The notes beneath the pieces were generated by a model. That model did not search any database and was not told the origin of the DNA. It saw nothing but the letters and a program-made list of their open reading frames with translations. Of a stretch of DNA of 64,000 bases, positions 10,940 to 20,222 are shown piece by piece; within the stretch, counting starts at the first letter, position 1; every line of letters begins with the position of its first letter. Position numbers and translations under genes: made by a program. Source of the stretch: Desulfosudaceae bacterium. Lineage in GTDB: Bacteria > Desulfobacterota > Desulfobacteria > Desulfobacterales > Desulfosudaceae. The stretch spans positions 1,472,001 to 1,536,000 of the forward strand of contig CAXXDV010000003.1 in the NCBI GenBank assembly GCA_963674745.2, in the 5' to 3' direction.

Positions 10940-12733
10940 ATGGCCTTAATCAGCATGCAGAATGTCCGTTACGGTTTCGGCGGGTCCGACCTCCTGGACG
11001 GCATCAGCTTTAACATTGAAAAAGGCGAACGGGTCGGGCTCCTGGGCCGCAACGGCGCCGGCAAGTCCACCCTGCTCCGGCTCCTGAACCGTGAGATCCA
11101 GCCGGACAGCGGAGAAATCGTTACCACCCAGGGCATCCGGGTTGCCGCCCTGGAACAGGAGGTGGCTGCTCAAAGCGATGGCACCGTCTATGAAGTGGTG
11201 GCGAGCGGCCTGCAGCACACACGCCACACCGAGGGCGGGTGGGAGCTGCAGCAGCAGGTCGAAAACATTCTGTCGCGCACCGATCTTGATCCTGACAAAC
11301 GTTTTGCCGACATGTCGGCCGGCATGAAACGCCGGGCCCTGTTCGCCCGGTCTATGGTCCTGTCGCCCGACCTGCTGCTTCTGGATGAACCGACCAACCA
11401 TATGGATATCGAAAGTATCATCTGGATGGAATCATTTCTCCTGCGCCATGTCCAGACCCTGCTGTTTATCACCCATGACCGTGTTTTTCTGGACCGGCTG
11501 GCCACCCGGATCATGCTCCTGGACCGCGGTCGACTGTTTTCCTATAACTGCGACTACAAAATCTATCTGCAACGTCGCGAGGCGGAACTGGCGGCTGAAG
11601 CCGAGCAACAGCGCAATTTTGACAAAAAGCTCACCAAAGAAGAGGCCTGGATCCGGCAGGGCATCAAGGCCCGGCGCACCCGCAACGAAGGCCGGGTGCG
11701 CGCTTTAGAAAAAATGCGGAACCAGGTCCGGCAACGCCGCGCGAAAACCGGCCAGGTGCGCCTGGAACTCCAGGAGGCCGAACGCACCGGCAAACTGGTC
11801 ATCGACGCCAAAGACCTGACCTATGCCTACCAAGGGGCACCCCTCGTGCGTGATCTTTCCACTACCATCATGCGCGGCGACAAGGTCGGTATCATCGGCC
11901 CCAACGGCGCGGGCAAAACCACCCTGATCCAGCTCCTGCTGGGCAACCTTAAGCCGGACAGCGGCACCGTCCGCCACGGCACCCACCTGCAGCCGGCCTA
12001 TTTCGATCAGCTCAGGAGTCAACTTGACGAGCAGAAGACCGTCGTGCAGAACATCTCAACCGATAATGATTATATTGTATTCAACGGTCAGAAGCGCCAC
12101 GTCATCGGTTACCTGCAGGATTTTCTGTTTTCCCCGGATCGCTGCCGCACCCCGGTTCACGTACTTTCCGGCGGAGAGCGCAACCGCCTGATGCTGGCCA
12201 GACTCTTTACCCGGCCGGCCAACCTGCTGGTACTCGACGAGCCCACCAACGACCTGGATGCCGAAACCCTGGAACTGCTCGAAGAACTGCTGTTTTCCTT
12301 TGACGGCACCCTGCTGCTGGTCAGCCACGACCGCAGTTTTTTAAACCATATCGTCACCAGCACCCTGGCGTTTGAAGGCAACGGCCGGATCGTCGAATAT
12401 GCCGGCGGATACGATGACTGGCTGGCCCAGCGCCCTGCTCCCCCTGCTTCGGAACCGGCCAGGCCCAAACAGGCGCCCTCCCCCAAACCCAAAACGCCTG
12501 TTAAACCCAAAAAGTTGACCTTTGCCCAGAATCGTGAACTAAAGGAACTGCCCGCCCTGATCGAAGCCCTTGAGACCGAGCAGCGCCAACTCCACGCCGC
12601 CATGGCCGATTCGGCTTTCTACAAGCAGGATCCACAAGAAATCAAGGCCCGGCAACAACGTCTCCAGAAAGTCGGAGACACCATCGACTCCCACTACCGC
12701 CGCTGGGAAGAACTTGAAGGGTTGAGCAGATGA
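10940..12733 (+). CDS. uup: ABC-F family ATPase, Uup-like
   Basis: Two ABC cassettes (GRNGAGKS, GPNGAGKT), WIRQGIKARRTRNEGRVRAL linker, C-terminal coiled coil typical of Uup. Confidence 0.9.
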   Translation: MALISMQNVRYGFGGSDLLDGISFNIEKGERVGLLGRNGAGKSTLLRLLNREIQPDSGEIVTTQGIRVAALEQEVAAQSDGTVYEVVASGLQHTRHTEGGWELQQQVENILSRTDLDPDKRFADMSAGMKRRALFARSMVLSPDLLLLDEPTNHMDIESIIWMESFLLRHVQTLLFITHDRVFLDRLATRIMLLDRGRLFSYNCDYKIYLQRREAELAAEAEQQRNFDKKLTKEEAWIRQGIKARRTRNEGRVRALEKMRNQVRQRRAKTGQVRLELQEAERTGKLVIDAKDLTYAYQGAPLVRDLSTTIMRGDKVGIIGPNGAGKTTLIQLLLGNLKPDSGTVRHGTHLQPAYFDQLRSQLDEQKTVVQNISTDNDYIVFNGQKRHVIGYLQDFLFSPDRCRTPVHVLSGGERNRLMLARLFTRPANLLVLDEPTNDLDAETLELLEELLFSFDGTLLLVSHDRSFLNHIVTSTLAFEGNGRIVEYAGGYDDWLAQRPAPPASEPARPKQAPSPKPKTPVKPKKLTFAQNRELKELPALIEALETEQRQLHAAMADSAFYKQDPQEIKARQQRLQKVGDTIDSHYRRWEELEGLSR

Positions 12734-13929
12734 TTCCAAAAAGCAAGAAACAGGAACCGTTTCAATGGGGAGGGGTTCTTTTAATTTCGTTTTGCCATTT
12801 TATCCATGACATTTTTTCAAGTTTCTTTTCGCCGCTTTTACCCCTGCTGGTGGAAAAACTGTCGATAAGCCTTACCGCCGCCGGCTTTCTGGGAACGATT
12901 ACGCAACTTCCGGCCCTGCTGAATCCGCTAATCGGCAGATGGGCCGACCGGGGCAACACCATTCGATGGTTTATTGTTCTTGCACCGACACTCACCTCGA
13001 TCCCCATGAGCCTCCTGGGCCTGGCCCCTTCATACGGTGTGGTGGCCATACTGCTGCTGGTGGTGGGTATCAGCACAGCGCTTTTTCACGTGCCGGCCCC
13101 TGTCATGGTGGCGCAGCTTTCCGGAGACCACAAAGGCCGGGGAATGAGTTTTTTCATGGTCGGCGGAGAATTTTCACGAACCATCGGCCCTGTCGCCGCC
13201 GTGGGCGCCGTATCGCTCTGGGGACTTGAAGGTTATTACCCGGTCATGCTGATCGGCATTTTATCCTCTGTACTGATTTATTTCCGTTTCAAAGATCTGA
13301 ATCTTACCTTTAAAAAAGAAGCCCCCGTGCCATTAAAAAAATCGTGGGGGGAAATCAAAAGGGTCATGAAACCGTTGACCGCCATCCTGGTTGCCAGGGG
13401 ATTCATGCATGGTTCCCTGTCCACCTTTCTGCCCCTTTTCATCAGGCAGGAAACCGGCAGCTTATGGCTGGCCGGCGCCGGGCTTGCCCTGTATGAAGCC
13501 TCAGGCGTCCTGGGCATTTTTTCCGCCGGTCCCTTGAGCGACAGGCTGGGCCGACGACGCGTTTTGGGGATTACCCTCGCTTTGGCGCCCTTCTTCCTGT
13601 TTCTTTTTGTGGTCCTTCCCGGTTCATATAAAGTGCCGGCACTGATCTGCACGGGATTTACGCTTTTATCCACCACCCCGGTAATGCTGGCCATGATTCA
13701 GGAACATGCCAGAAACAGCCCTTCCGCCGCCAATGGCTTCTTCATGATGGCTTCATTTCTTGCCCGTTCGGCCGTTATCGTTCTGGTGGGTTTTTGCGGA
13801 GACTTGGTGGGATTGAAAACAACCTACTATATCAGTGCCCTTCTGGGGATTATGGGCATCCCCTTTTTATTTATGATTCCGGTATACTTAACATTGAAAG
13901 AACTAGAGCGTGCCGGTTTCAGAAAATAA
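12730..13929 (+). CDS. MFS transporter (fosmidomycin-resistance Fsr-like)
   Basis: About 12 hydrophobic segments, HFIHD, ALFH.PA, GPLSDRLGRR motif; overlaps uup stop (ATGA). Confidence 0.88.
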   Translation: MIPKSKKQEPFQWGGVLLISFCHFIHDIFSSFFSPLLPLLVEKLSISLTAAGFLGTITQLPALLNPLIGRWADRGNTIRWFIVLAPTLTSIPMSLLGLAPSYGVVAILLLVVGISTALFHVPAPVMVAQLSGDHKGRGMSFFMVGGEFSRTIGPVAAVGAVSLWGLEGYYPVMLIGILSSVLIYFRFKDLNLTFKKEAPVPLKKSWGEIKRVMKPLTAILVARGFMHGSLSTFLPLFIRQETGSLWLAGAGLALYEASGVLGIFSAGPLSDRLGRRRVLGITLALAPFFLFLFVVLPGSYKVPALICTGFTLLSTTPVMLAMIQEHARNSPSAANGFFMMASFLARSAVIVLVGFCGDLVGLKTTYYISALLGIMGIPFLFMIPVYLTLKELERAGFRK

Positions 13930-14004
13930 CCATGACATGCCTGACCGAAAAGAAAATAATATTAAACACATGTAGAATTCTTTGAAAAACGGGCCGGACA
14001 AAAG

Positions 14005-14033
14005 TTGACACGCGATTCCGTTTTTGATATAAC
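14005..14033 (+). promoter_or_regulatory. Putative sigma70 promoter of radical SAM gene
   Basis: TTGACA-17 bp-TATAAC with extended -10 TG. Confidence 0.65.
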
Positions 14034-14087
14034 TTACAGATATAAAATATAATTTCTTTCTCCCCTCTTACCCTTAACTGTCCGGAG

Positions 14088-16829
14088 ATGCTCATGACAA
14101 AAGTACTGCTCACCAATGCCATTGGTCCCTATGATCTGGGTTGGGGCGAAGACATGACCGACCTTTTCGGCGCCCGTCTGACAAGGGGCCAGGGCCCGTT
14201 TACCTTACGGGGATATTTTTACACCTTTGCCTTTTACCTGATTGCCGAAAACATAAATGTCCCGACAACGATTATCGAGCATCCGGATGAAGCGATTTTC
14301 CGCAAGGAACTTGCCAAAGGGTATGACTACATCGGTCTCCAGGTGGTGACGGTCCATGTGCCGCGAATTGCGAAAATGGTTCGGATCATCAAGGAAGTTT
14401 CGCCGCAGAGCAAGATCGTTCTGGGCGGCTATGGCGTGGCCACCCTGTATCAGTTTCGCCGCAGAGCAAGATCGTTCTGGGCGGCTATGGCGTGGCCACC
14501 CTGTATCATCCACCGCCCCCCGGAAAATAACGCCCAATACATTCTGGACAATGCCGACTATGTCTGCCGGGAAGAAGGCGTCGGCTTTTTCAGGAAGATT
14601 CTGGGGCAGGACCCGGACGAACCCATTACCCAGTTGCATCAGCCGATAGCCCTTTCCACCTTGCGCGGCCTGGACAATCTGGCTGTTATGCCCACCACCT
14701 CCACCCTGGTGGCACTGGGGTGCCCCAATGCCTGTGAATTCTGCAACACCTCGGCTTTTTTCCGGTTCAAAAAAATTCAGGTTTCCACGCCCGAACAGAC
14801 CGTAGAAGCGCTCAAGGCCCAGATGAAAAACTACACCTACGACCGGTTTGTTTACAACATGCTCTGGGACGAAGATTTTCTGCTCGACCGGCCCTACGTC
14901 ATGCGTTTAGCCCATCTTCTCCAGAAGGAAGGGCTTATCGGAAAAGTTCATCTTTCCTCTTTTGCCAGCATTCGCGCCATTTCTCAGTACACGGTCGAGG
15001 AGCTGGTCATGGCCGGTATCGGCGCGCTCTGGATCGGGGTGGAGTCCAAATTCGAAGATGTGGTTACTTCCGTTCATCATTTTCAGAAACGGGCCGGCAA
15101 GGATGTCAAAGCGGTTTTTGATGATCTGCACCGGTACGGCATCCAGATTATCGGCTCCAACATTCTGGGTCTTGATTTTCACACCCCGGATAATATTGAA
15201 GAAGACATCGACTATTTTGTCTCCTTAAAGCCGGATCTGTATCAGGTGGCACCCCTGACGCCCTGCCCGGGAACCATGCTCTATGACCGTATGCAGGAAG
15301 AGGAACGGCTCTACGAAAATTTTTCATTTGAAGATGTACAGATCTGGAGCGACAAGATTTTTAAACACACCAATTTTTCCGACGGTAAGATCAAATACTA
15401 CTTTGATCTGTGCCATAAAAAGCTCTACGAAACCAACGGCCCGACTATTCTCAACATTTCCGACGTGCTGATGCAGGGATACCACACCATGGTGCACTCG
15501 CCCAATCCCCTTCTCCAGGCTGTAGCAGACCGGTGTTATTTTGAGGCCAAGTACATGCAGGGTGACCTGTATTACAGCATAAAAAAACTGGCCCCCACCG
15601 AGACGGTTCGAAAGCGGGCCGAGGCCCTGGAGCAAAAAGCGTTGAAGTATTTCGGCGACTACTCCCGGGAACAAAAGATAACCCAGAAGTTTATATATCG
15701 CCGTTTGCTGGCCGAGTCGAAAAACACAAAACGGGAATCCGACCCGCCCTGGGAGATCATCCGGTTTAACGGTGACAAGTCGGCGCCCGGGACCGTGGCG
15801 CGGCGGAATCCGGGACAACATCTGTATCAACAAACACTCCGGGGCCTGGTAAAAAGGCTGCTCAGGATCGGAGTCGAGCCGGATCGCGCCATACGGCTGG
15901 CGGATATTGACGATTTTCCGGTCGACTTCAAGCAGGTGGAAATTGAGGGCGATCGCATCAGTTACGTGGACGAAGGCCGGGGCGAGACCATTCTCATGAT
16001 CCACGGCAATGCCACCTGGTCCTATCTCTACCGCCACCTGATCGCCGACCTGAAACAGGACTATCGCTGTGTGGCCATAGACCTTCTGGGCTACGGCCTG
16101 TCGGACAAGCCGCCCCATGCAGACTATTCCATGGAGGCTCATATCCGGCGGCTGGGAAAATTTATCGATGCGCTGGGCCTGACAGACATCACCCTGGTCT
16201 GCCAGGACTGGGGCGGCATTATCGGGTTGAGTTACGCTTCGGCCAACAAGGAAAAATTCAAGCGGCTGGTTCCCATGAACACCACCGGTTTCCTGCCGGA
16301 AAAGATTTCCGAAGCAGCCCAGTGCCTGGGCGCCACCGCCTTTCCCTATCTGTGGTCCTACAAAATACCCCTACTGGGAAAATACATGGCCATGAACTGG
16401 AATCTTTTCTTGAGGTCTTCCATGCGACTGGGTATTCACAATAAGGGCCGCCTGCACGAAAAGGCCTTAAACGGATATCTGTATCCCTTTCAACGGACGC
16501 ACGAGCGTACCGCCATCATGAAGTCGGTGCGGCAGATTCCCTTCGGTCCGTTCGGCCCTATTGCCCGGCTGCTGCGGCAGACCGGCAAAAATCTGGACGG
16601 CTGGAACATCCGCACCCGGGTGATCTGGGGCATGAAAGACCCGGTGTTTGTGCCCTGGTTTATCAAAAAATTCGAACAATTGCTGCCGAATCACGCCCCG
16701 TGCGTTAAAATTGCCACGGCCAGCCATTACCTGCAGGATGACGAGCCGGATCTGATCATTGCCGGTATCCGGGAACTGATGCAGGAAGACGCGCAGGATG
16801 ATGCCGTTTCTGCCGCGGCAGCGAGTTAA
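14088..16829 (+). CDS. B12-binding radical SAM protein fused to C-terminal alpha/beta hydrolase (haloalkane dehalogenase/OleB-like)
   Basis: IVLGGYG cobalamin-binding region, CPNACEFC (CxxxCxxC); C-terminal HGNATWSYLYR, DLLGYGLSDKP, QDWGG nucleophile elbow, HYLQDD. Confidence 0.88.
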   Translation: MLMTKVLLTNAIGPYDLGWGEDMTDLFGARLTRGQGPFTLRGYFYTFAFYLIAENINVPTTIIEHPDEAIFRKELAKGYDYIGLQVVTVHVPRIAKMVRIIKEVSPQSKIVLGGYGVATLYQFRRRARSFWAAMAWPPCIIHRPPENNAQYILDNADYVCREEGVGFFRKILGQDPDEPITQLHQPIALSTLRGLDNLAVMPTTSTLVALGCPNACEFCNTSAFFRFKKIQVSTPEQTVEALKAQMKNYTYDRFVYNMLWDEDFLLDRPYVMRLAHLLQKEGLIGKVHLSSFASIRAISQYTVEELVMAGIGALWIGVESKFEDVVTSVHHFQKRAGKDVKAVFDDLHRYGIQIIGSNILGLDFHTPDNIEEDIDYFVSLKPDLYQVAPLTPCPGTMLYDRMQEEERLYENFSFEDVQIWSDKIFKHTNFSDGKIKYYFDLCHKKLYETNGPTILNISDVLMQGYHTMVHSPNPLLQAVADRCYFEAKYMQGDLYYSIKKLAPTETVRKRAEALEQKALKYFGDYSREQKITQKFIYRRLLAESKNTKRESDPPWEIIRFNGDKSAPGTVARRNPGQHLYQQTLRGLVKRLLRIGVEPDRAIRLADIDDFPVDFKQVEIEGDRISYVDEGRGETILMIHGNATWSYLYRHLIADLKQDYRCVAIDLLGYGLSDKPPHADYSMEAHIRRLGKFIDALGLTDITLVCQDWGGIIGLSYASANKEKFKRLVPMNTTGFLPEKISEAAQCLGATAFPYLWSYKIPLLGKYMAMNWNLFLRSSMRLGIHNKGRLHEKALNGYLYPFQRTHERTAIMKSVRQIPFGPFGPIARLLRQTGKNLDGWNIRTRVIWGMKDPVFVPWFIKKFEQLLPNHAPCVKIATASHYLQDDEPDLIIAGIRELMQEDAQDDAVSAAAAS
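14396..14507 (+). repeat. Perfect 56-bp tandem duplication inside the radical SAM CDS
   Basis: AGTTTCGCCGCAGAGCAAGATCGTTCTGGGCGGCTATGGCGTGGCCACCCTGTATC at 14396-14451 and again at 14452-14507. Confidence 0.97.
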
Positions 16830-16973
16830 TTAAAAGGGTCCAAGGGACCCAGGGGTCAAGGATTCAAGGGATCAATCTGCCGGTTGAAGGACGGCCGTAA
16901 TTGTAATGACCGGATATTTTTTTTGATCATTTGTAGGTGCAGCACCCTGTGTTTGGCCCTATTATCTAAGGTC

Positions 16974-17032
16974 TGTAGGGGCAGGCCCCCGTGCCTGCCC
17001 GGTGAAAGGCACCCACAGGGGGATGCCCCTAC
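16974..17032 (+). repeat. GTAG-type REP doublet (REPIN-like)
   Basis: TGTAGGGGCAGGCCCCCGTGCCTGCCC...GGCACCCACAGGGGGATGCCCCTAC; near-identical inverted copy at 20008-20068. Confidence 0.85.
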
Positions 17033-17064
17033 TTTAATTGCTGATAAGGAGAACGACTCCGCCC

Positions 17065-18078
17065 ATGCCTCCGATTTTCCCCTTTACCGCCATTGTGGGC
17101 CAGGACCAGATGAAACTGGGCATGATATTGAATGCCGTCAACCCCGCTGTCGGCGGCATGCTCATCCGGGGTGAAAAAGGGACCGCCAAGAGCACGGCTG
17201 TCCGTGCCCTGGCCGCCCTTCTCCCGGAACTGACCGTTGTCAAAGACTGCCCTTTTAATTGCGACCCGGGTGATCCGACCCATCTGTGCCAGCAATGCCT
17301 GGCCCGCTCCGGTAATCTGCCATGTGTGTCCCGCCCCGGCCGGGTGGTGGAACTGCCCATCAACGCCACCGAAGACCGGGTGGCCGGCACCCTGGACCTG
17401 ACCCACGCCCTGCAGACCGGCGAAAAACGCTTTGAACCCGGCCTGCTGGCCGCGGCCCACCGGGGTATTTTGTACGTGGACGAGGTCAACCTGCTGGATG
17501 ATCATATTGTTGATATCCTTTTGGACAGTGCCGCCATGGGCGTTAATATTGTCGAGCGCGAAGGCGTCAGCTACTCCCACCCGGCCCGTTTTATCCTGGT
17601 GGGCACCATGAATCCCGAAGAAGGCGATTTACGGCCCCAGCTTCTGGACCGGTTCGGCCTGTGTGCCGCCATCACCGGTATCAAAGATAAAGCCGGCCGC
17701 ATGGAACTGATCCGGCGACGGCATGACTTTGAATATGACCCGGCGGCATTTGCCGAACAATTCGCGGCAAAAGAACAGGCCCTGCAGACAAAAATCGTTC
17801 AGGCCAAAAAGAATCTTCCGGAAGTCGGTATTTCAGACAGCATGTTATCCGTAATTTCCAATATCTCCCTGGAAGTGGGGGTGGATGGACACCGGGCCGA
17901 CCTGGTCATGATGAAGGCGGCCATCACCCACGCCGCCCTGGAAGGCCGGACCGAGGTCATCCTGGAAGATGTGCTGGAAACGGCCTCGCTGGCCCTGTAT
18001 CACCGGGCGCGGCGGCATCCCTTTGACGATACCGGCCTTGACATGGATCTGGTCCGGGCAGCCGCGGAAAAGATGTAA
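17065..18078 (+). CDS. Magnesium/cobalt chelatase ATPase subunit I-like (ChlI/BchI)
   Basis: FPFTAIVGQD, RGEKGTAKST, FEPGLLAAAHRGILYVDEVNLL, MNPEEGDLRPQLLDRFG; ATG at 17065 after AAGGAG. Confidence 0.92.
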   Translation: MPPIFPFTAIVGQDQMKLGMILNAVNPAVGGMLIRGEKGTAKSTAVRALAALLPELTVVKDCPFNCDPGDPTHLCQQCLARSGNLPCVSRPGRVVELPINATEDRVAGTLDLTHALQTGEKRFEPGLLAAAHRGILYVDEVNLLDDHIVDILLDSAAMGVNIVEREGVSYSHPARFILVGTMNPEEGDLRPQLLDRFGLCAAITGIKDKAGRMELIRRRHDFEYDPAAFAEQFAAKEQALQTKIVQAKKNLPEVGISDSMLSVISNISLEVGVDGHRADLVMMKAAITHAALEGRTEVILEDVLETASLALYHRARRHPFDDTGLDMDLVRAAAEKM

Positions 18079-20012
18079 TGACCGGCAGACGCCAACACCG
18101 TCGGGTTTTTCCGTTTACCGCCATTGTCGGGCAGGACCACCTCAAGCTGGCCCTGATCATCAACGCCATTGTCCCGGGCGGTTTGGGCGTTCTGATCCGT
18201 GGGGAGAAAGGCACGGCTAAAAGCACCTGTGCCCGGGCCCTGGCCGACCTGCTGCCGGATATTCCTTTTGTTACCCTGCCGGTCAATACGTCTGCAGGCA
18301 ACCTGGTCGGAGGGCTGGATTTTGAGCATGCCTTAAAAACCGGCCAACGGCGCTTTACACCCGGCCTGCTGGCCGCAGCCCACCGGGGCATCCTGTACGT
18401 GGACGAGGTCAACCTGCTGGATGACTATCTGGCGGATCTGGTTACCGATGTGTCTGCTTCCGGAATCAATAAGGTAGAGCGGGAAGGCGTCAGTTTTGCC
18501 CATGAGGCACAATTCTCCCTGGTGGCCACCATGAATCCCGAGGAGGGTGAATTGCGGCCCCAGTTTCTGGACCGTTTCGGGTTGTGCGTATCTGTCTCCG
18601 GTATTGCCAGCCCGGGGTTGCGAATGGAACTGCTGCGGCGAATATACGCCTTTGAGCAGGACCCGCATGCGTTTCTGGCATCTTATGCTCAGGCTCAACA
18701 ACAGGAACAGCAACGGATCAGTGAAGCATTCTCCGTTTATGATTCAGTTACCATTGCGGACCAACAGATCGACTTTATCGTTTCCGCCTGCCTGCAAGCC
18801 AATACCGCCGGGCACCGGGCGGAAATATCAGCCGACAAGGCCGCCCGGGCCCTGGCCGCGTATGAAAGCCGCACAGCCGTGAACGACCGGGATATCATGA
18901 CCGGCCTGGGACTGGCCCTGATCCATCGCATGCGGCCTTCTGACAAAGACCGGAAAGTAGCGGATGCAAATCATGAATATGCCGGCCGCATGGACGGGCC
19001 TCATTCTGCCACCTGCCCCCGTGATCCGGCCGGGCAATCTGCTCCCGAACCGATAGAAGGCGATTTCCTTCAGCCCTTTCTAATTCGTGACGGAGAAGGG
19101 CCGGATGAAGCGGAGCGCTCTCTCCGGCCGGGCCAGGCAAAGGGCGGGACGATATTTGACATTGACGAAAACATGATGGTTTCCGCACGGGAGGTGAGGC
19201 ATAAGGCTGCCTTTGAGCGGCAGAAAAAAGGCCGGCGCCACCGCTCCCGCAGCCAGGACAAGCGGGGCCGGTATATTCGTTTTACGTCACAGCGGACAAA
19301 CAATGATATTGCCCTGGACGCCACCATCCGGGCGGCAGCAGTCAACCAGAAAAACCGTCCCAAAGGTTCCCTGGCCGTTAATATCCAACCCGAAGATATC
19401 CGGGAAAAAATCCGGGAGCATAAATCCCGGGCCGTGCTGATCTTTACGGTCGATGCCTCGGGCTCCATGGGTACCCGTCTGATGAGCGAAACCAAGGGGG
19501 CGATTTTAAGCCTTCTTCTTGAGGCCTATCAGAACCGGGACAAGGTCAGCCTGATCGCATTTAAGGATGACCGGGCCGAGGTCCTGCTGACGCCCACCAG
19601 CAGCATCGAGCTGGCCAGAAAGAAACTCCGGGACCTGCCCGCCGGCGGCAAGACCCCGCTGGCCGCCGGGATGATCCGGGGATATGAACTGGCCCGGTCC
19701 GGCATCCGGCGTGACCGCAAAACCCTGCCCATCCTGATCCTGGTCAGCGACGGCAAGGCCAATGTCGGGGCCAGCACCCGCATATCCTACTCCATGGAAC
19801 GGGCCGGCCGGATATACGATGAGGTGTTTGCCGTGGCCCGGACCATTCACAACGACCAGTTGGTTCAATCCCTGGTGATCAACACCGAACAGGAAACCAT
19901 GGGCGGGTTCGGCATGGCTGAAAGAATCGCCGAACACATGGGCGCCCGCTATATTGCCCCGGAACGGATCAGCGCGGAGACCATCAGCCGGGCGGTCCGT
20001 CAATTGGTGTAG
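18078..20012 (+). CDS. Magnesium/cobalt chelatase subunit D-like (AAA + vWA)
   Basis: N-terminal ChlI-like AAA module, C-terminal vWA with MIDAS DASGSM, TPLAAG, SDGKAN; coupled to upstream gene (TAATG). Confidence 0.92.
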   Translation: MTGRRQHRRVFPFTAIVGQDHLKLALIINAIVPGGLGVLIRGEKGTAKSTCARALADLLPDIPFVTLPVNTSAGNLVGGLDFEHALKTGQRRFTPGLLAAAHRGILYVDEVNLLDDYLADLVTDVSASGINKVEREGVSFAHEAQFSLVATMNPEEGELRPQFLDRFGLCVSVSGIASPGLRMELLRRIYAFEQDPHAFLASYAQAQQQEQQRISEAFSVYDSVTIADQQIDFIVSACLQANTAGHRAEISADKAARALAAYESRTAVNDRDIMTGLGLALIHRMRPSDKDRKVADANHEYAGRMDGPHSATCPRDPAGQSAPEPIEGDFLQPFLIRDGEGPDEAERSLRPGQAKGGTIFDIDENMMVSAREVRHKAAFERQKKGRRHRSRSQDKRGRYIRFTSQRTNNDIALDATIRAAAVNQKNRPKGSLAVNIQPEDIREKIREHKSRAVLIFTVDASGSMGTRLMSETKGAILSLLLEAYQNRDKVSLIAFKDDRAEVLLTPTSSIELARKKLRDLPAGGKTPLAAGMIRGYELARSGIRRDRKTLPILILVSDGKANVGASTRISYSMERAGRIYDEVFAVARTIHNDQLVQSLVINTEQETMGGFGMAERIAEHMGARYIAPERISAETISRAVRQLV

Positions 20013-20068
20013 GGGCACCCCCCTGTGGGTGCCCTTTTATCGGGCAGGCACAGGGGCCTGCCCCTACA
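20008..20068 (-). repeat. GTAG-type REP doublet, inverted copy of 16974-17032
   Basis: Reverse complement TGTAGGGGCAGGCCCCTGTGCCTGCCCGATAAAAGGGCACCCACAGGGGGGTGCCCCTACA; overlaps chlD-like stop codon. Confidence 0.85.
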
Positions 20069-20222
20069 TGAACACGTGTCCTGCGCCTTGCAGAACCGTC
20101 CGAATCAACTCGTAAAATATCCGTTTTAATGGTATATATACGGCCGGAGTTGGATCGGACCGAAAACTGATATATATTTAGAAATGCGACTGAAAACCAC
20201 CACAAAATAAGGAAAGATCCGC

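Noticed and set aside
17065..18600. Long similar stretches in the two chelatase genes as a recent duplication
   Set aside because: Expected paralogy of ChlI and the ChlD N-terminal AAA module.
17065..20012. Photosynthesis gene cluster
   Set aside because: No other bch/chl/puf genes; ChlI/D homologues are common in non-phototrophs.
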